From Octopus bimaculoides (lineage: Eukaryota), in contig NC_068987.1 in the NCBI RefSeq assembly GCF_001194135.2, forward strand, positions 75,521,487-75,585,486: a DNA stretch of 64,000 nt. Direction: 5' to 3'. The position numbers were made by a program, and so were the translations under genes. The notes under the pieces are model-generated. The model was given only the letters and a program-made list of their open reading frames with translations, had not been told where the DNA came from and made no database searches. Of this stretch, positions 40,568-55,239 are shown piece by piece (within the stretch, counting starts at the first letter, position 1; every line of letters begins with the position of its first letter).

Positions 40568-42025
40568 NNNNNNNNNNNNNNNNNNNNNNNNNNNNNNNNN
40601 NNNNNNNNNNNNNNNNNNNNNNNNNNNNNNNNNNNNNNNNNNNNNNNNNNNNNNNNNNNNNNNNNNNNNNNNNNNNNNNNNNNNNNNNNNNNNNNNNNNN
40701 NNNNNNNNNNNNNNNNNNNNNNNNNNNNNNNNNNNNNNNNNNNNNNNNNNNNNNNNNNNNNNNNNNNNCTTCACTATTTACTTCCATACTTGTCATACAT
40801 GAATAATTTGATCTCGGATAAATCTTAGGCTCTTCATTTGATTTTTTTAAATTAAAAATAAATAATATTGCTTTATATTTATGATTCACTTCTTTAAAAA
40901 GGTTCCTCAATGTTAACTCCCGGTATTGACGTAACAACGGCTTACATACTTGTGATGCAATGTCAACATCCGGTATTGCGCGCGCGCATACACACGTGTG
41001 TCTTTGTAAATATGTTTGTATACATTTATGTAAGTGTGTGTTTGTAACAGACAGAGTGTGAGTGAGTCAAGGGGTGTGTTGTCATATGCATCCATCATTT
41101 TTGGATGTATGTGTGCGTGTGAGTGTGTGTGTGAGACAGAGTGAGAGCGGTGTGTATATAGTATTTATTCTCTCTCTCTCTCATACACACGCACACACAC
41201 ACACTCACACACAAAGATGTATGCATATTTATGCATGTACGTATACATGACAACAAACCTCTCTCTCTCTCTGTCACNNNNNNNNNNNNNNNNNNNNNNN
41301 NNNNNNNNNNNNNNNNNNNNNNNNNNNNNNNNNNNNNNNNNNNNNNNNNNNNNNNNNNNNNNNNNNNNNNNNNNNNNNNNNNNNNNNNNNNNNNNNNNNN
41401 NNNNNNNNNNNNNNNNNNNNNNNNNNNNNNNNNNNNNNNNNNNNNNNNNNNNNNNNNNNNNNNNNNNNNNNNNNNNNNNNNNNNNNNNNNNNNNNNNNNN
41501 NNNNNNNNNNNNNNNNNNNNNNNNNNNNNNNNNNNNNNNNNNNNNNNNNNNNNNNNNNNNNNNNNNNNNNNNNNNNNNNNNNNNNNNNNNNNNNNNNNNN
41601 NNNNNNNNNNNNNNNNNNNNNNNNNNNNNNNNNNNNNNNNNNNNNNNNNNNNNNNNNNNNNNNNNNNNNNNNNNNNNNNNNNNNNNNNNNNNNNNNNNNN
41701 NNNNNNNNNNNNNNNNNNNNNNNNNNNNNNNNNNNNNNNNNNNNNNNNNNNNNNNNNNNNNNNNNNNNNNNNNNNNNNNNNNNNNNNNNNNNNNNNNNNN
41801 NNNNNNNNNNNNNNNNNNNNNNNNNNNNNNNNNNNNNNNNNNNNNNNNNNNNNNNNNNNNNNNNNNNNNNNNNNNNNNNNNNNNNNNNNNNNNNNNNNNN
41901 NNNNNNNNNNNNNNNNNNNNNNNNNNNNNNNNNNNNNNNNNNNNNNNNNNNNNNNNNNNNNNNNNNNNNNNNNNNNNNNNNNNNNNNNNNNNNNNNNNNT
42001 ATATATATGCACATAATATATATTC

Positions 42026-42056
<31 letters not shown>

Positions 42057-42572
42057 CACACGTCTATACATCTATGTATGCATATGGATGATTATATGAA
42101 TATCAGTGTGTATGTGCGTGTGTACAGGGGCAGAGGTCTATCTACGTCAAGATAACAGACAGTGGGAGAGAGAATAGCACGAGGAAGACAAAATTACAGG
42201 TGATGTGAAAACAGAGACAGCTGTTTACAATGAACGCTTTACTGTTTTCATCCCACTCCCACCGTTTTTGTCGCCGCTGCATATCAACTTAATAAATAAT
42301 TAGTAATGATTAATTATTACTTGTATTATATTCAGTTCCAATTAAGTCTAATAGCTTCCTCGCTAAAGGCGAATTCAGAGCTGCTGTAAGATTTCGTAAG
42401 AAACATTTCTCCAAATAGTGACTACTGTCTTGTTTAAACAGACAAAACTTGGCGTCTTCGTTATTACAGTTATGTCGCCGACATCAATGAGTTTCACGCG
42501 GAGGTGCGCGAGTACTCTACTCGCTCGCTTTTTTCCCTGCTGCTTATACGCATATACATTTACACACACACA

Positions 42573-42624
<52 letters not shown>

Positions 42625-42629
42625 TACAT

Positions 42630-42862
42630 AAGGCAGCGAGCTGGCAGAAACGTTAGCACGCCGGGCGAAATGCTTAGCGGTATTTCGTCTGCCGCTACGT
42701 TTTGAGTTCAAATTCCGTCGAGGTCGACTTTGCCTTTCATTTTTTCGGGGTCGATTAAATAAGTACCAGTTACACACTGGGGTCGATATAATCGACTTAA
42801 TCCGTTTATCTGTCCTTGTTTGTCCCCTCTGTGTGTCTCCCCTTGTGGGTAGTAAAGAAATA
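42630..42862 (+). mobile_element. SINE family A, near full length
   Basis: GCGAGCTGGCAGAAACGTTAGCACGCCGGGCGAAATGCTTAGCGG, GAGTTCAAATTCC, central domain, tail ..GTGGGTAGTAAAGAAATA; reverse complement of 62324-62556. Confidence 0.9.
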
Positions 42863-42904
42863 ACAACGTATATATACGATTGTATACACCACCAGTAGTC
42901 TATT

Positions 42905-43232
42905 AGAATTATCTTTTACTTGTTTCCCCCATTGGTGTCTGACCATGCTCTGGCACCACTACCTTCAAGCGTTCTTGTCGAAATCGACCCTGGTACCAAT
43001 TTAAAAAAAATATCTGTTACTAGATTATCGGTGAGTTTTGACGAACTGTAAGGTTATGTGACCCATCGGAGCCAACACTGGTTATCAAGCAGTGAATATA
43101 ACAAATACAGACACAGTGACACACACACACGCAGACGACAGCATTCCGCATAGTTCTCGTCTAACGAACTTACTCATTAGGCATTTTTCGGCTCGGGTTA
43201 TTGTAGGAGACATTTGTCCATGGCAGTGTGGT
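42905..43232 (-). mobile_element. SINE family B, degenerate
   Basis: TTATCTTTTACTTGTTTC..CCATGCT..GTCGAAATCGACCC..AGACATTTGTCCA. Confidence 0.6.
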
Positions 43233-43233
43233 A

Positions 43234-43301
<68 letters not shown>

Positions 43302-43633
43302 ATCTGTGAGCTTTTTGAAGCTGACAACTTCATGTTAGTATGTCTGTGTGGCAGTAACACGAGACCAGCTAAGCTCTAAAGGGCAGTGGCTATTGTTGTA
43401 ACAGTAGAAAAGGCATAAAAAGTTGATAATACATCTTTAGGCAAAGATTTGGAGGTTTGTGAGCGACTTCATGCCAGTCTTTCCAATGGCCTTTCTGTGG
43501 ATGCAGTCTAAAACGCACGTAGCGCCAGCGGTAGAACTGTCTCAGATGTGGAGACAATACTCTCTTCAAACTAACACATACGATCGTTTGGGGGATCAAA
43601 GCTTCTTCGTTTATGATAGTTTTGCATTATACC

Positions 43634-43993
43634 GTGGAGGCGCAATGGCCCAGTGGTTAGGGCAGCGAACTCGCGGTCATAGGATCGCAGTTTCGATTCC
43701 CAGACCGGGTGTTGTAAGTGTTTATTGAGCGAAAACACATAAAGCCCCACGAGGCTCCGGCAGGTGATGGTGGCGAACCCTGCTGTACTCTTTCACTACA
43801 ACTTTCTCTCACTCTTACTTTCTGTTTCTGTTGTGCCTGTAATTCAAAGGGTCAGCCTTGTCACACTGTGTCACACTGAATATCCCCGAGAACTACGTTA
43901 AGGGTCAATGTGTCTGTGGAATGCTCAGCCACTTGCACGTTAATTTCACGAGCAGGTTGTTCGGTTGATCGGATCAACTGGAACCCTCGATGT
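43634..43993 (+). mobile_element. SINE family C
   Basis: GGCGCAATGGCCCAGTGGTTAGG A-box, GTTTCGATTCCC B-box, GCACGTTAATTTCACGAGCAGG..GATCGGATCAACTGGAACCCTCG. Confidence 0.9.
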
Positions 43994-44011
43994 ATTATGC
44001 CATAATATTAG

Positions 44012-44250
44012 TGGAGGCGCGTGGCTTAATGGTTAGGGTGTTGGATTCATGATTGTAAGATTGTGGTTTCGATTCTTGGACTGGGCGACGCGTTGTGTCC
44101 TTGAGCAGAACTCTTCATTTCACGTTGCTCCAGTCCACTCAGCTGGCAAAAATGAGCAACCCTGCGATGGACCGGCGTCCCGTCCAGGTGTCCAGGTGGG
44201 GAATCTATACGGCATGGAAACCGGGAAACCTATCAGTGTATGATTCGAGA
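44012..44250 (+). mobile_element. SINE family D
   Basis: GGCGCGTGGCTTAATGGTTAGG A-box, GGTTTCGATTC B-box, TTGTGTCCTTGAGCAG, CCTGCGATGGACCGGCGTCCCGTCCAGG. Confidence 0.85.
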
Positions 44251-46299
44251 ATCATTTACCTTTACCTATACATTGCTATCGTATGATTGTCATTCAAAGG
44301 AATTCTAATTCTAGACAGTGTTTCTAATTATGGAGGTCTTGTTGCATATATACATACAATTTTGTTGCATACATACATATGTGTTTGTATGTGTATATGA
44401 ACGCGTATGCACACATACATATACACATACACCCAAAGAAAGAAACCTTAGAACTCAGAAATTTACACCACACACACACACATGCACACACACAACACAC
44501 ATGCACACGCGCACACATACATACACACACGTATTAAAGAACATCAATCATTCACGTTCAAAATTATGAATGCATAATTATGCATAATTCACAACAGAAG
44601 CTCGCAATTAAATGCATTTGAAAACATACTTGTAGCATGGCGCGACATTCACCCCTAGAATTTATGCATACATTGTAACAAATGCATATACAACAAACAG
44701 ACAAAATCTTATACGAATATAGGTACGTATCTCCGCATCATATATACATATAGGCTAATACGTATGATTAGATGATGAATCAGGCGGAGACGAGGTTTGG
44801 AGCCTACGGGTGATTAAGGGGAACATGAATAATGCTTCAAAATATTTTGAAGCTAAATTGTGGGATACGTTATGGTTAATAGGCCAAGTATTTTCACTTA
44901 ATAAACAAAGCGAGGAGTCTAACATTGCTCTAGGTAGTTTAGTACGCTGTAAGACGTTAGTCACGCTCTCCCCAGATGGTATTGGATATAAATCTAGTTA
45001 TACCAACCGACCAGTCAGTCAGTAGTCATTAGTCTGTACATTGCTACGAAACAGTTGCAAGCTACCGGTAACTAGCTTCACGATTACCAGTTGTGTTGTA
45101 TAATAATGCACACGCATGTACAGGGAGGGTATTTTTTCATCCCCAGCATAACTACTCAAGTTCTCTACTCATATCTCTTGTCTTTCTTCCTCCATCACAG
45201 ATTTTATCTCCGCCACATTATCGCTGTGTTTTATTTAGTACATTTAGGAAAATTTCATTTAAAAATTTCAACCAAATCAGAGATTATAGCCAAATAAATT
45301 TCAGCAGAATTAGAACTTTTAACCAATCTGTAGCTTGTGAGCCACTTGTCTTTGATTATTTTAGAAGACAGCGTCACTGGGTTTTGGTTCACTTCACTCG
45401 GCTCTACACAAGTCTAGCATTTGTTCTTCGCAGTCTCTTTTTACACAGGCATCATAAAGTAATAATGCTATATAGAATCAACTTTTTTTTAGGTGTCTCA
45501 AATCATGTTGCACGTTAAGGTTGAATGAGGAATATTTTGGTGATATATATTCTTACCAGTTTGTAAGAACGGATGTTAACTTCGTTTTCTTCTACTTCAG
45601 TGCCACGATCCGCTAATACACGATTGACACTAAAAGAAAAAAGTTAAATCAAAGAGATTCATTTAAAGTCATTTTCTACAACATGGAACTGCTTTTATTT
45701 GGCTAGTTTTAATGCAAGACACATCCTAGTCGAGCAAATCACAAAATTGCCATATCTTTTTTTCTAAATCGATTTCGACTACACTTTTCTTTTAAAACAC
45801 ATTCTCCAATTGACTTTTCAAAACAAGTAAATATTGATGGATGTTTTCTACAGTGCATTAATCAATTTTGTTTTTAAACAGGAAAATATCAATGTATATT
45901 CACAAACAATTTTGTTTTTGTTTGATTGATTGTTGTGTTGATTGTTTGATTAATGTTTGGTTGTTTTGTCGATTGTTTGATTAATGTTGCAAATTAAGAT
46001 TTGAAATATTCCATGTTTGAATTATGGCTAGTTTCAAACTAGTATTATTAAACCACAAGCTGTGTAATTGATTCATTATTCTACCAATCAGATTATAAAG
46101 GGTACTACATATGCAATGCATAAACCAAAGGCTGCTGTACAAAAGCGAAGAGAACACGAAGAAAAGTGGTCGTTATTGGATATGGACATTAGTTTCAAAG
46201 TAATGAATATTTATCAGTAGAAACTGAATCATTTGCTCAAGACCAAACAAAAAAACGAAACAAATTCAGCTAGAGCTCAGAGGGAAACTGTTGATCATA

Positions 46300-47700
46300 A
46301 ACCATTGATCGTGCCCAAATAAATGGGCACAATGAAAGTGAACAAAATGCCTTTAAATGAAAATCAAGTTATGAAAAAGAATATATCAATGATACATGGA
46401 ATTGATTTGATATTGGAAATTTAATACAAAGAAGCGCAGTGAATAGTGAAAATGCATGCAGAGAGGACATATTTCTTTGTGCAAAATATCTCGAAGCGAT
46501 AGTGAGTAGCAATGTTTTCCAGTTGACATCTTTAAACAGAAATCATAATGGTGAAATATCTGAAGAAGATTGGATAATGTATAATGTTCAAAGAAGCTAT
46601 GTCGACTCAATGGAAAAATCGAAGCTAATACGTCAGATTTACCAACAGAGAATAGATTGTCTAACAGAAAAATAGAGAAACTCCTGTGACAGAATGCTTG
46701 ATATTCAGCGTCGTGACCAGCCTAATTTGAATTATGTATTATGGAAAGTGATCGAATAAAGAATTCATTCAATCATATACTTGGACATTTGCTGCATAAA
46801 TAAATTGCAGTGGTCGTTGCTAACTGGACCACTATTTTAAATATATAATTGGCGTTGTTTTAATTTTGTATGAAAAGATGTGAGCATTCCGTGCTAACTT
46901 TCATCTGATTGGTTATGTTCAGAATGGTAATTTCCCCGAGTTTGTTAGATATTTATCCCAATGGTATTCCGTTCTTGAAACTCATGTCAAGAAGATAAAA
47001 GAAAGACAGGAAAAAGTGAAGAGTTGTAAGTGCATTATTTGTTAAATGAATCACAAAATGAATTTTTATCTCTTTTTGTTGGGATCTCGTTTTGAAACAC
47101 TTCTTCTCGGAAAAATAAAGACAAAATGCTATTCAATAATGGCTGATGCTTTATCGCATTCTACACGTGTCAAACATACAATATTCATCATAAATTATCT
47201 TCAAAGTAGAGATTGTGAGTTTATGGTTCAAGAGAAAGTGCTATCTTTTGAAGACTGTTATAAGAAAACAGGTTCTGAGATTTTAAACTAGCTAAATGAA
47301 ACAGTGAGTGAAAGTAGCATTCTCTTGGAAGATTGCAAGAGGCCAAGGTTATAATAATGTTAGAAATTTAGCAACCAAGTACACGGATGTACGAAAAATC
47401 TATCCTTCCTTCACGCTGAATTTTGGATATGGACTCAGTGAAGTGCTGTATTGAAGTGTTACATTCATTGAACTTCTGAAAGTAAACTAATGAGAAACAT
47501 TGAAAACGTTATAAAAAATCTGAGGAAACTCCGGCCATAGTTTGACAATCTGATGACGGTTTTAAAATATCATTTACACTCTGGTAACGGATAAAAAATA
47601 TCACTGACGCGGTTTGCAAATTGAAGTTAAGCTACAGGCAAATGACATGTTCGTTCAATTTGTTGAATACTGAAGTAAAATTTTGTTGAGAACCGGCCAA
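46300..47700 (+). pseudogene. hAT-superfamily transposase remnant (boundaries approximate)
   Basis: NGNFPEFVRYLSQWYSVLETHVKKI; YSIMADALSHSTRVKHTIFIINY..EKVLSFEDCYKKTGSEI; LEDC/RGQGYNN; these match the hAT motifs GNF...L..H, YSI..D.T.D....EQ, ERFL.F.....TG and CRGQ.YD; many stops and frameshifts. Confidence 0.88.
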
Positions 47701-47852
47701 CAACAGCCTCAGCAGTATGTTCATTCAATAAAATTAAATTGATCAATATACTCTCTCAGAACAAACATGACACAAAATCATCTGGAGAGCTTCCTTTGGC
47801 AACGTAATCGAATTATTGGTTTCAGACATATAGAAAACTTTGTACACGCACG

Positions 47853-47947
<95 letters not shown>

Positions 47948-48312
47948 CATGCAAAAGAGTTCTAAAGAAAGTGAAAATCTAGTTACTTTATGATCTTTCA
48001 TTTTATGACAAACAATCGTTGAAAAAATATGCCTATAACAGTCTTCTTGGTATAAAGCTTGGTATAAATATAACATACACAAACATTCAAAATAAAGTAA
48101 AATTATGAGAATACACGCATGAAAGTACATATTTACAGATACATAAACACATACGCATGTTTACCTAGTGACCCAGAACAAAATCGCAAACGGCATATAT
48201 ACAGACGCAACCCAGAGATGTAAATGAAATGTTCACATGCACAAACAATCTCACCTCAATCATATACATTCTTTAACTCACATTCGTATATATTACCACT
48301 TATTTATCACAG

Positions 48313-48364
48313 TTTTGGGAGGAAGCTAATGGTGAAAAAGAAAACAAACCTACAATTTTTAAAG
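48313..48364 (+). CDS. Candidate internal exon of an unidentified gene (FWEEANGEKENKPTIFK-G)
   Basis: CACTTATTTATCACAG acceptor, 52-nt open frame, AAG|GTATGT donor, ends in phase 1. Confidence 0.45.
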
Positions 48365-48624
48365 GTATGTATAGTTTCATGATGGTGTTGGGAACGTAAT
48401 CTGTTGGTCATATTTCAACTATACAGTAAAGAATAGAAGATAATTAATTCTATATAATATAATGGTATTGATCCCCAAAACGTTGTTGTTGTGACACATT
48501 GAGGAAACGGTATTTTTTTACGTGAATGAACAACCTATCCCAACCAGTCGGAGTTGACAGTATGGGGTATACAATTCCTCCTTTCGATTACTGAATATCA
48601 AACGTGGGTCGCAGACATGGCTCG

Positions 48625-48815
48625 CAAGACCTCCGTTCAGGTTATTTTCCTGAATCATCATCTCACTCTTGCACACCAATAAGGTAACTTATTTACAGCT
48701 GAGCGGACTGAAACAACGTGGAATGAAGTGTATTGCTCAAGAACACAATGTACAATAGGTCTTGGAATCGAAACCATGATCTGACGATCGTGAGTGCAAC
48801 ACCCGAATCATTAGG
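48625..48815 (-). mobile_element. SINE family D, degenerate
   Basis: TGAAGTGTATTGCTCAAGAACACAA..GGAATCGAAACCA..TAGGCCACG. Confidence 0.7.
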
Positions 48816-49243
48816 CCACGGTACACATGCGAGCCAAGATGTTTTCAGAAGGCGAGGGTATTTTTTTCAGAAAAAATTCAGATTTAATGATTTTGGAGAT
48901 CATTGAGGACTTGATGCCTTTCATATGGTCTTTTGTATCAGGATTTGTTTGATTGTTTTGCTTATACAAGCATTGTCAGTGAAGGAAGTGAGAGAATACG
49001 CAGATGGTATTTTTGAAAGTAAGATATGATATAATATACATACGAAACATAGACAATGTGGAAAAAAAAATTAAAATTGAGCCATTACATAAAGGAGTCA
49101 CTGATCCCTGTCTCGGAGAAACCTCCAGATTCAGCATCCAAATAATGACTTGCCTAGATGTTAAGTTACAGTGGTAAGAATAAAAAAAAATGTTACTATG
49201 TGAATATGATTTAGGCGAATTCGTTTACGATTCGCTAAAGCAG

Positions 49244-49398
49244 GTTTGCAATCCACTACAGAGTTTGAACTTAGTGCTGCTATTGATGCTGACGTTGATG
49301 AAGCTGCTATGTGTTCCAATGATTCTTCGCCTCGGGATTTAGCACTATACACTAGAAGCTTTGGCTTAGCAATGTACACCAACGAGTTTCATCCATAA
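49244..49398 (+). CDS. Candidate terminal exon (G-LQSTTEFELSAAIDADVDEAAMCSNDSSPRDLALYTRSFGLAMYTNEFHP*)
   Basis: CAG acceptor at 49241-49243 is phase-compatible with 48313-48364; codon-like GCT/GAT/GAA periodicity; TAA at 49396-49398; alternative AG at 49213-49214; weak pyrimidine tract. Confidence 0.45.
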
Positions 49399-50060
49399 CA
49401 GTTTATCAATTACTTACGGCTAATGATCTCACCAGCATACGTATCCTACCAAGAATGAAGGGTTGGTGTTGCTGATGTTCTGGCCCCACTTCGTACAGTC
49501 CGTGTTAACTGTGACACCACAAGAAGGAAGGTTCAACTTTTGCTCTCTCTATTGGTGCTGTAACACTTTTGGTCTGTTTGTGTATTTCTGAGTTTTTTTG
49601 AATCCTGTGAAATAATCGCAGTTATTACAAACTGCAGCAATATCGTTATAAAGTGTTAATGATGTATTTCGGTGTTTGTGACAGGCTGGGCATGTAGATG
49701 TGAGGTTTCTATGATATGGATCAGATATTGGCCATAAACTGTGCTTCTCTTTATTCGTGTTTTATTTTTAGCACGTTTTAATTCCTAACATTCGTGATTT
49801 ATGGGGGTCTGCGCGCATGTGTGTATGAATGTGTTTGTGTATGGCAGTAGGAGTACATCTATGTATATGCGTGTGTATGTGCTTCTGTTTTATGCATGTG
49901 CAAAACGTGTATATGTATGTAGTTATTGATAATGTACAGGAAGCAGTTTGGATAGTTTGTTATGTTTTCATTTGGGAAAGACGCTATTTTAGAGAGGCAG
50001 GAGAAACATAGTTGTGAAGTTTTATGATGGATCTTTGCACACGCTTAGACAGACAGACAG

Positions 50061-50091
<31 letters not shown>

Positions 50092-50522
50092 CACATGTGT
50101 GTGTGTATGTGGGTGAGCGGGTTTGTGAGTGTGCGCGTGAGTTTGTATTTATGTACGTATATAAGCATATGTACAAGTACACATCTATACATACATCATA
50201 CAAAGGCTTCATAAGAGAAACAAAACGTGAAGTTGTGACGTTCATGCATTTCTAATAGAATTAGTGGTATAAGCGAAATGTCACCCAACTGAAAGCTGAA
50301 ACTGGATCGTTGTCTTAGCTCGTCGCGAACATGTCTCTATATATCTCTTTTACTTAATACCTGAAAGCGTCTAGGACATATATAAACGCAGACATGACTG
50401 TGTGATGAACAAATTCCATTCACAGCCACGCGATTCTGGTTTCGATCTTACATTAGGGCAAGTGTCTTCTTTTTATAACATCGGAATGGTGATATCTTGT
50501 GAGTGAAATTTGGTAGATTGAG

Positions 50523-50576
<54 letters not shown>

Positions 50577-51933
50577 AGCAGTTTCTTTAAATCGTTTACA
50601 ACCGTAGATGAATGTAAATTCACACATTTTGAAATTGCTGACTTCCAATTAATACCATTCTACAAGCGCGAAATTCCATGTTATTCTACTACACCACCCT
50701 TTGGATTTAGAAAGCATTTCAATGCCTTCGATGTTGGTTTTGCTTTGACGGACTCTGCCGAGTCGTCCAATCTATACTAACATCGAAGAGCATAGTGATA
50801 TGTCCTCGACGAGCTAATATGACGATCCAGTTTCACCTTTCATTTGGATGACATTTCGTTAATGTCACTAATTCTATTAAGAATGCACGAACGTCACTGC
50901 TTTCTGTTTTTCTTCCCTTTTTGTACCCTTTGTATGTTCTTAGTCTGTTTTGAGTTTTAATAGCAACTGTAAGATTTGCAAAATGACTGACAGATTTGCT
51001 AAATCTCTCTGTCACCTGGTTCTAAATGCCCTCTGAAGACATTAATCATTAATATTCTGAAATTTTATATAACCACTCAATGTAGTATCATACATAGTTG
51101 GAAATCTGAAGTCTTCTTTCGAGGAAAAATATATTATATATCGAAATGTTTAAAATTAATTTGTTTATGAAAGTTAGGGTCCATTGGATGATGCTTAACT
51201 ATAGGACATTATTTCTTACTCGGCTGAGAGTAGTCTAACGCAGGTTATTGTTGCTGTTTTGTTTCAGATCGGCCTTGACTCTGTGGACCAAGGAACATAG
51301 GTATTCTATCCATGATTATTCAGTTCCTGTGTCAGATATTGAATAGCTAGTGCTATATTTTCCCGTATATCCTTCAGTTTTTAAAGTCAGTAGTGTGAAA
51401 TTTGAGGGAAATTGGTCTGCTGTTTGTTTGGTAAGTACGCCTATCAGAGATAGGTATCTTAAAAGTCCTGGTCCCTAGTTTCGAAGAGTGGGTAAACCGA
51501 GCACCCAAGAAAATTGATACACCAGCAGGAACACAGGATATATGCAGTGAATTTGAACTCGCAAAACTTGAGTTCGCCTCTGCTTAGGAAGTAAATAATA
51601 TCTAAAACTTACAAAGCAATAATTGTTTGATTTAACCCCAAAATAACGTCAGTTTTATAGATGAATAACTGAGAAGTTTTAATTTCCATACAAATTTCAC
51701 TATTTTTATTGTAAATGTCAATCAAAATTTACAAGTTATAAATATAACTGGGTTTGGGAAGATGTCCAGCTAATCTTCTGGTAAACTTAGTAACAGTAAC
51801 AAAATTATATTTATAGGTGTATTTTACCGAAATTCTGACATCAGTGCAATAACGTTTCTATGTATGTATGTATGTATGTATCAATCAATCAATCAAACAA
51901 TCTATCTATCTATCTATCTATCTACCTATCTAC

Positions 51934-51973
<40 letters not shown>

Positions 51974-52954
51974 ACACGCATATATATATATGTATCTGTG
52001 TATATGATATAATATAATATAATATAATATATATATATATAACGCATAGACAGACAATACATGTATGTATTTAAAATTAGAAGAAACTGCAAATTTCTTA
52101 CGGCTAATAGTAAACAAAGACACATGAAAATTAAATGTGGCACTGTAGTTAATTAACTTAGTATTGTTATTGTCAAAAATTATACGGCTTTTGTAATGTT
52201 TGAGAAAGTGTTTATGTAAAACGTTTATAAAATTTTTGGCAATAAGAAGTGGTATTTCATGATTATATGGGAATTATAAGATAAAGTAGTTTTTTGACTA
52301 CTTATTTGTAACTTTAAGAAGACTCCATGATAAAAACTTCAGTATACAATCTGCTCTATTATTGAATAAAGTTTTTTAGTAAGAGATGTTTGACGGTTGT
52401 TATCTGATATTTTAAGATATATTTTTTGAAATAGCTTGGTGAGTGACACGAAGTCTTGTGGATAAGAACAGTTTTATTAAGTTTTCTATAAACGTTATAT
52501 TGGCAAGTATCTAATTTCAAGCTGATCTCAAGAATATTAAATATGATAAGGTTAAAAATAATTGCGGTTCGAAGTTATTAATAAATCCATGTATTTTTTA
52601 TTTTCTTCTCAAATTTCTCTGTTTGATGGCTATTCACGTTACGTTGAATTTAAATGGAAATTAAAATAGAATCGATTCCTGGTAAATAACAGAAACAGAT
52701 TAATTCGTGAACTTCTTGGTCTTTTGACGCCATGCTAACATCAAAACAAAGAAATGCCATTTGCCTTTACACACGTCATAGATTAGAATCCGTGTTGAAA
52801 CAACATTTCCATTATATACAATTTAATATAATTTCCACTATAATGTAATATAATATAATTTATAATATAATTTCCACTATATGTAATTTAAGCTACTCAG
52901 CACGAGTATATGCGAATAACTTTCAGAATGTATTCTAAAATTGATACTTATATT

Positions 52955-53489
<535 letters not shown>

Positions 53490-54700
53490 CTAGTTTACAA
53501 GGACCTTCTTAAATTTGTTTCCATCATTTTTTAGAAGTAATTAACCAAGCAGCTTCTATTTCTCCAAATTTACCCTCATGTTACACTCCAATCTCATTTT
53601 CGTTCATTTACAGAATATTTTGGACATTTAAAATCTAACTACATTTAATATATGATGTAATATTTATAAGACTTCCGGGGATGTATAGTTGAAGACGCTC
53701 ACGTAGAAATCTATATAAACGTCGATCATTGTTATATGTAGGACTCTCTTTCCAGTGCATATTTTGCTCTTAGCGTTCACTGAAAAAAAAAATGTGCGTA
53801 TTATACAAAACCGAAAAACGAGCATACGGCTTTATTTTGAACGCAGAATGCGACAATCCCGTAGACTCTGATTACAAAGAACGGTAGAATTGTTTATGTC
53901 GATCAGACTGATTTTTATATCAGAGGCAGAAAAGTCGTCACAAACATTTCTTTTTATTTTATCGTATTTTTTGGAAATTATGACTACGCCAAATCTTTCA
54001 GATAAAGAAGATGAGGATTATAATAATAAAAGTGATACACCTATAATCCACACAACTAATGTCGATCAGGATATCGATCGCCAACCCCCAACAAAACTCA
54101 TCTTTACAGGTCTCTTCTGTATAAGAAAATACTTTAGGTTACGAATATGAAAAGGACACGAATGTTACATATGTATTTCAACTAGTTGCGTTACCTTCGC
54201 GGAACAATATGACTGTGAGGGATTTCTTTGGATTGATGAATTTTCGGTAGTCAGTAAAAACCTGCCCGCTTTCACTTAAAGATTACTTTACAAATCCTTT
54301 TTCATTAAATTGCTTTTGAATTTTTCCGTCAGTATTCTATTTCCTCCATTTGTTTATCTGTGTGACTTTCTAATTTTTAAACAATTTACGGAAGACAAAA
54401 GAAAAAAAAAAAAGAAACAAGAAACACTTTATAAAGATTTTCAATCTGAAACTAAACCGAAAACACTGACATAACTATTAAACACAGTTACTAATATACG
54501 TATAACGACTTAGAATCTTTTGATTTCTATTAGGTATCTAAAAAGCTAGAGATAGCAAAAGCGCTTACACACAAACATTTTCTCATTTTCCATCTGTTTT
54601 TTTTTCTAATGATTCTTTGAAGATAATTAATAATTTAGCAAGACGAAGTTTTAATGTGTGTCTTTGTGCGTATGATTATTTACTTGTTTGTTTGTGAGAG

Positions 54701-54778
<78 letters not shown>

Positions 54779-55239
54779 TGTGTGTGTGTGTGTTCGTGTG
54801 TTCTTAGATATGGAAAAATAAATTCCACTTTTAGTTGATGCTTTGACTTAACTGGAACAAATAATAAGTCGATGTAATAACGACAGTCTTAATAATAAGA
54901 GCAACAACATCAAAGAACAAAATTTGCTAAAGAAAAGTAAATCTTTCGCCCTCTCTCGGTTTAATGTCTATCTCTGTTGTTTATCTATATGCCACTTACA
55001 GAACAGACGATATTTTATGAGACATTTCACAGCTTGAATGACTGGCTGATTCTGTTATTGCTTTGTTGGACACGTCAACAATTAAGAGGAAACTTTATAG
55101 ATAGATATGCTAATTTGACGAGGCCCATCATGAATTAATGATGGTGAGGAGGTGGGTGGTGGTGGTGGTGATGATGATGATGTTGATGTTTTCTTTTTTG
55201 ATGGCAGTGATGATAACAATAATTATCAATATTACAAAA

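Noticed and set aside
43634-43715. tRNA gene (also the other SINE heads)
   Set aside because: A and B boxes are present, but no closed acceptor stem was found and each runs into a shared SINE body.
49161-49382. Minus-strand 73-aa ORF MVYIAKPKLL..
   Set aside because: The Ser/Ala-rich composition is the expected shadow of the more codon-like plus-strand frame; no convincing splice sites.
53890-54150. 86-aa ORF with acidic stretch (MTTPNLSDKEDED..)
   Set aside because: No homology recognised and no convincing splice sites.
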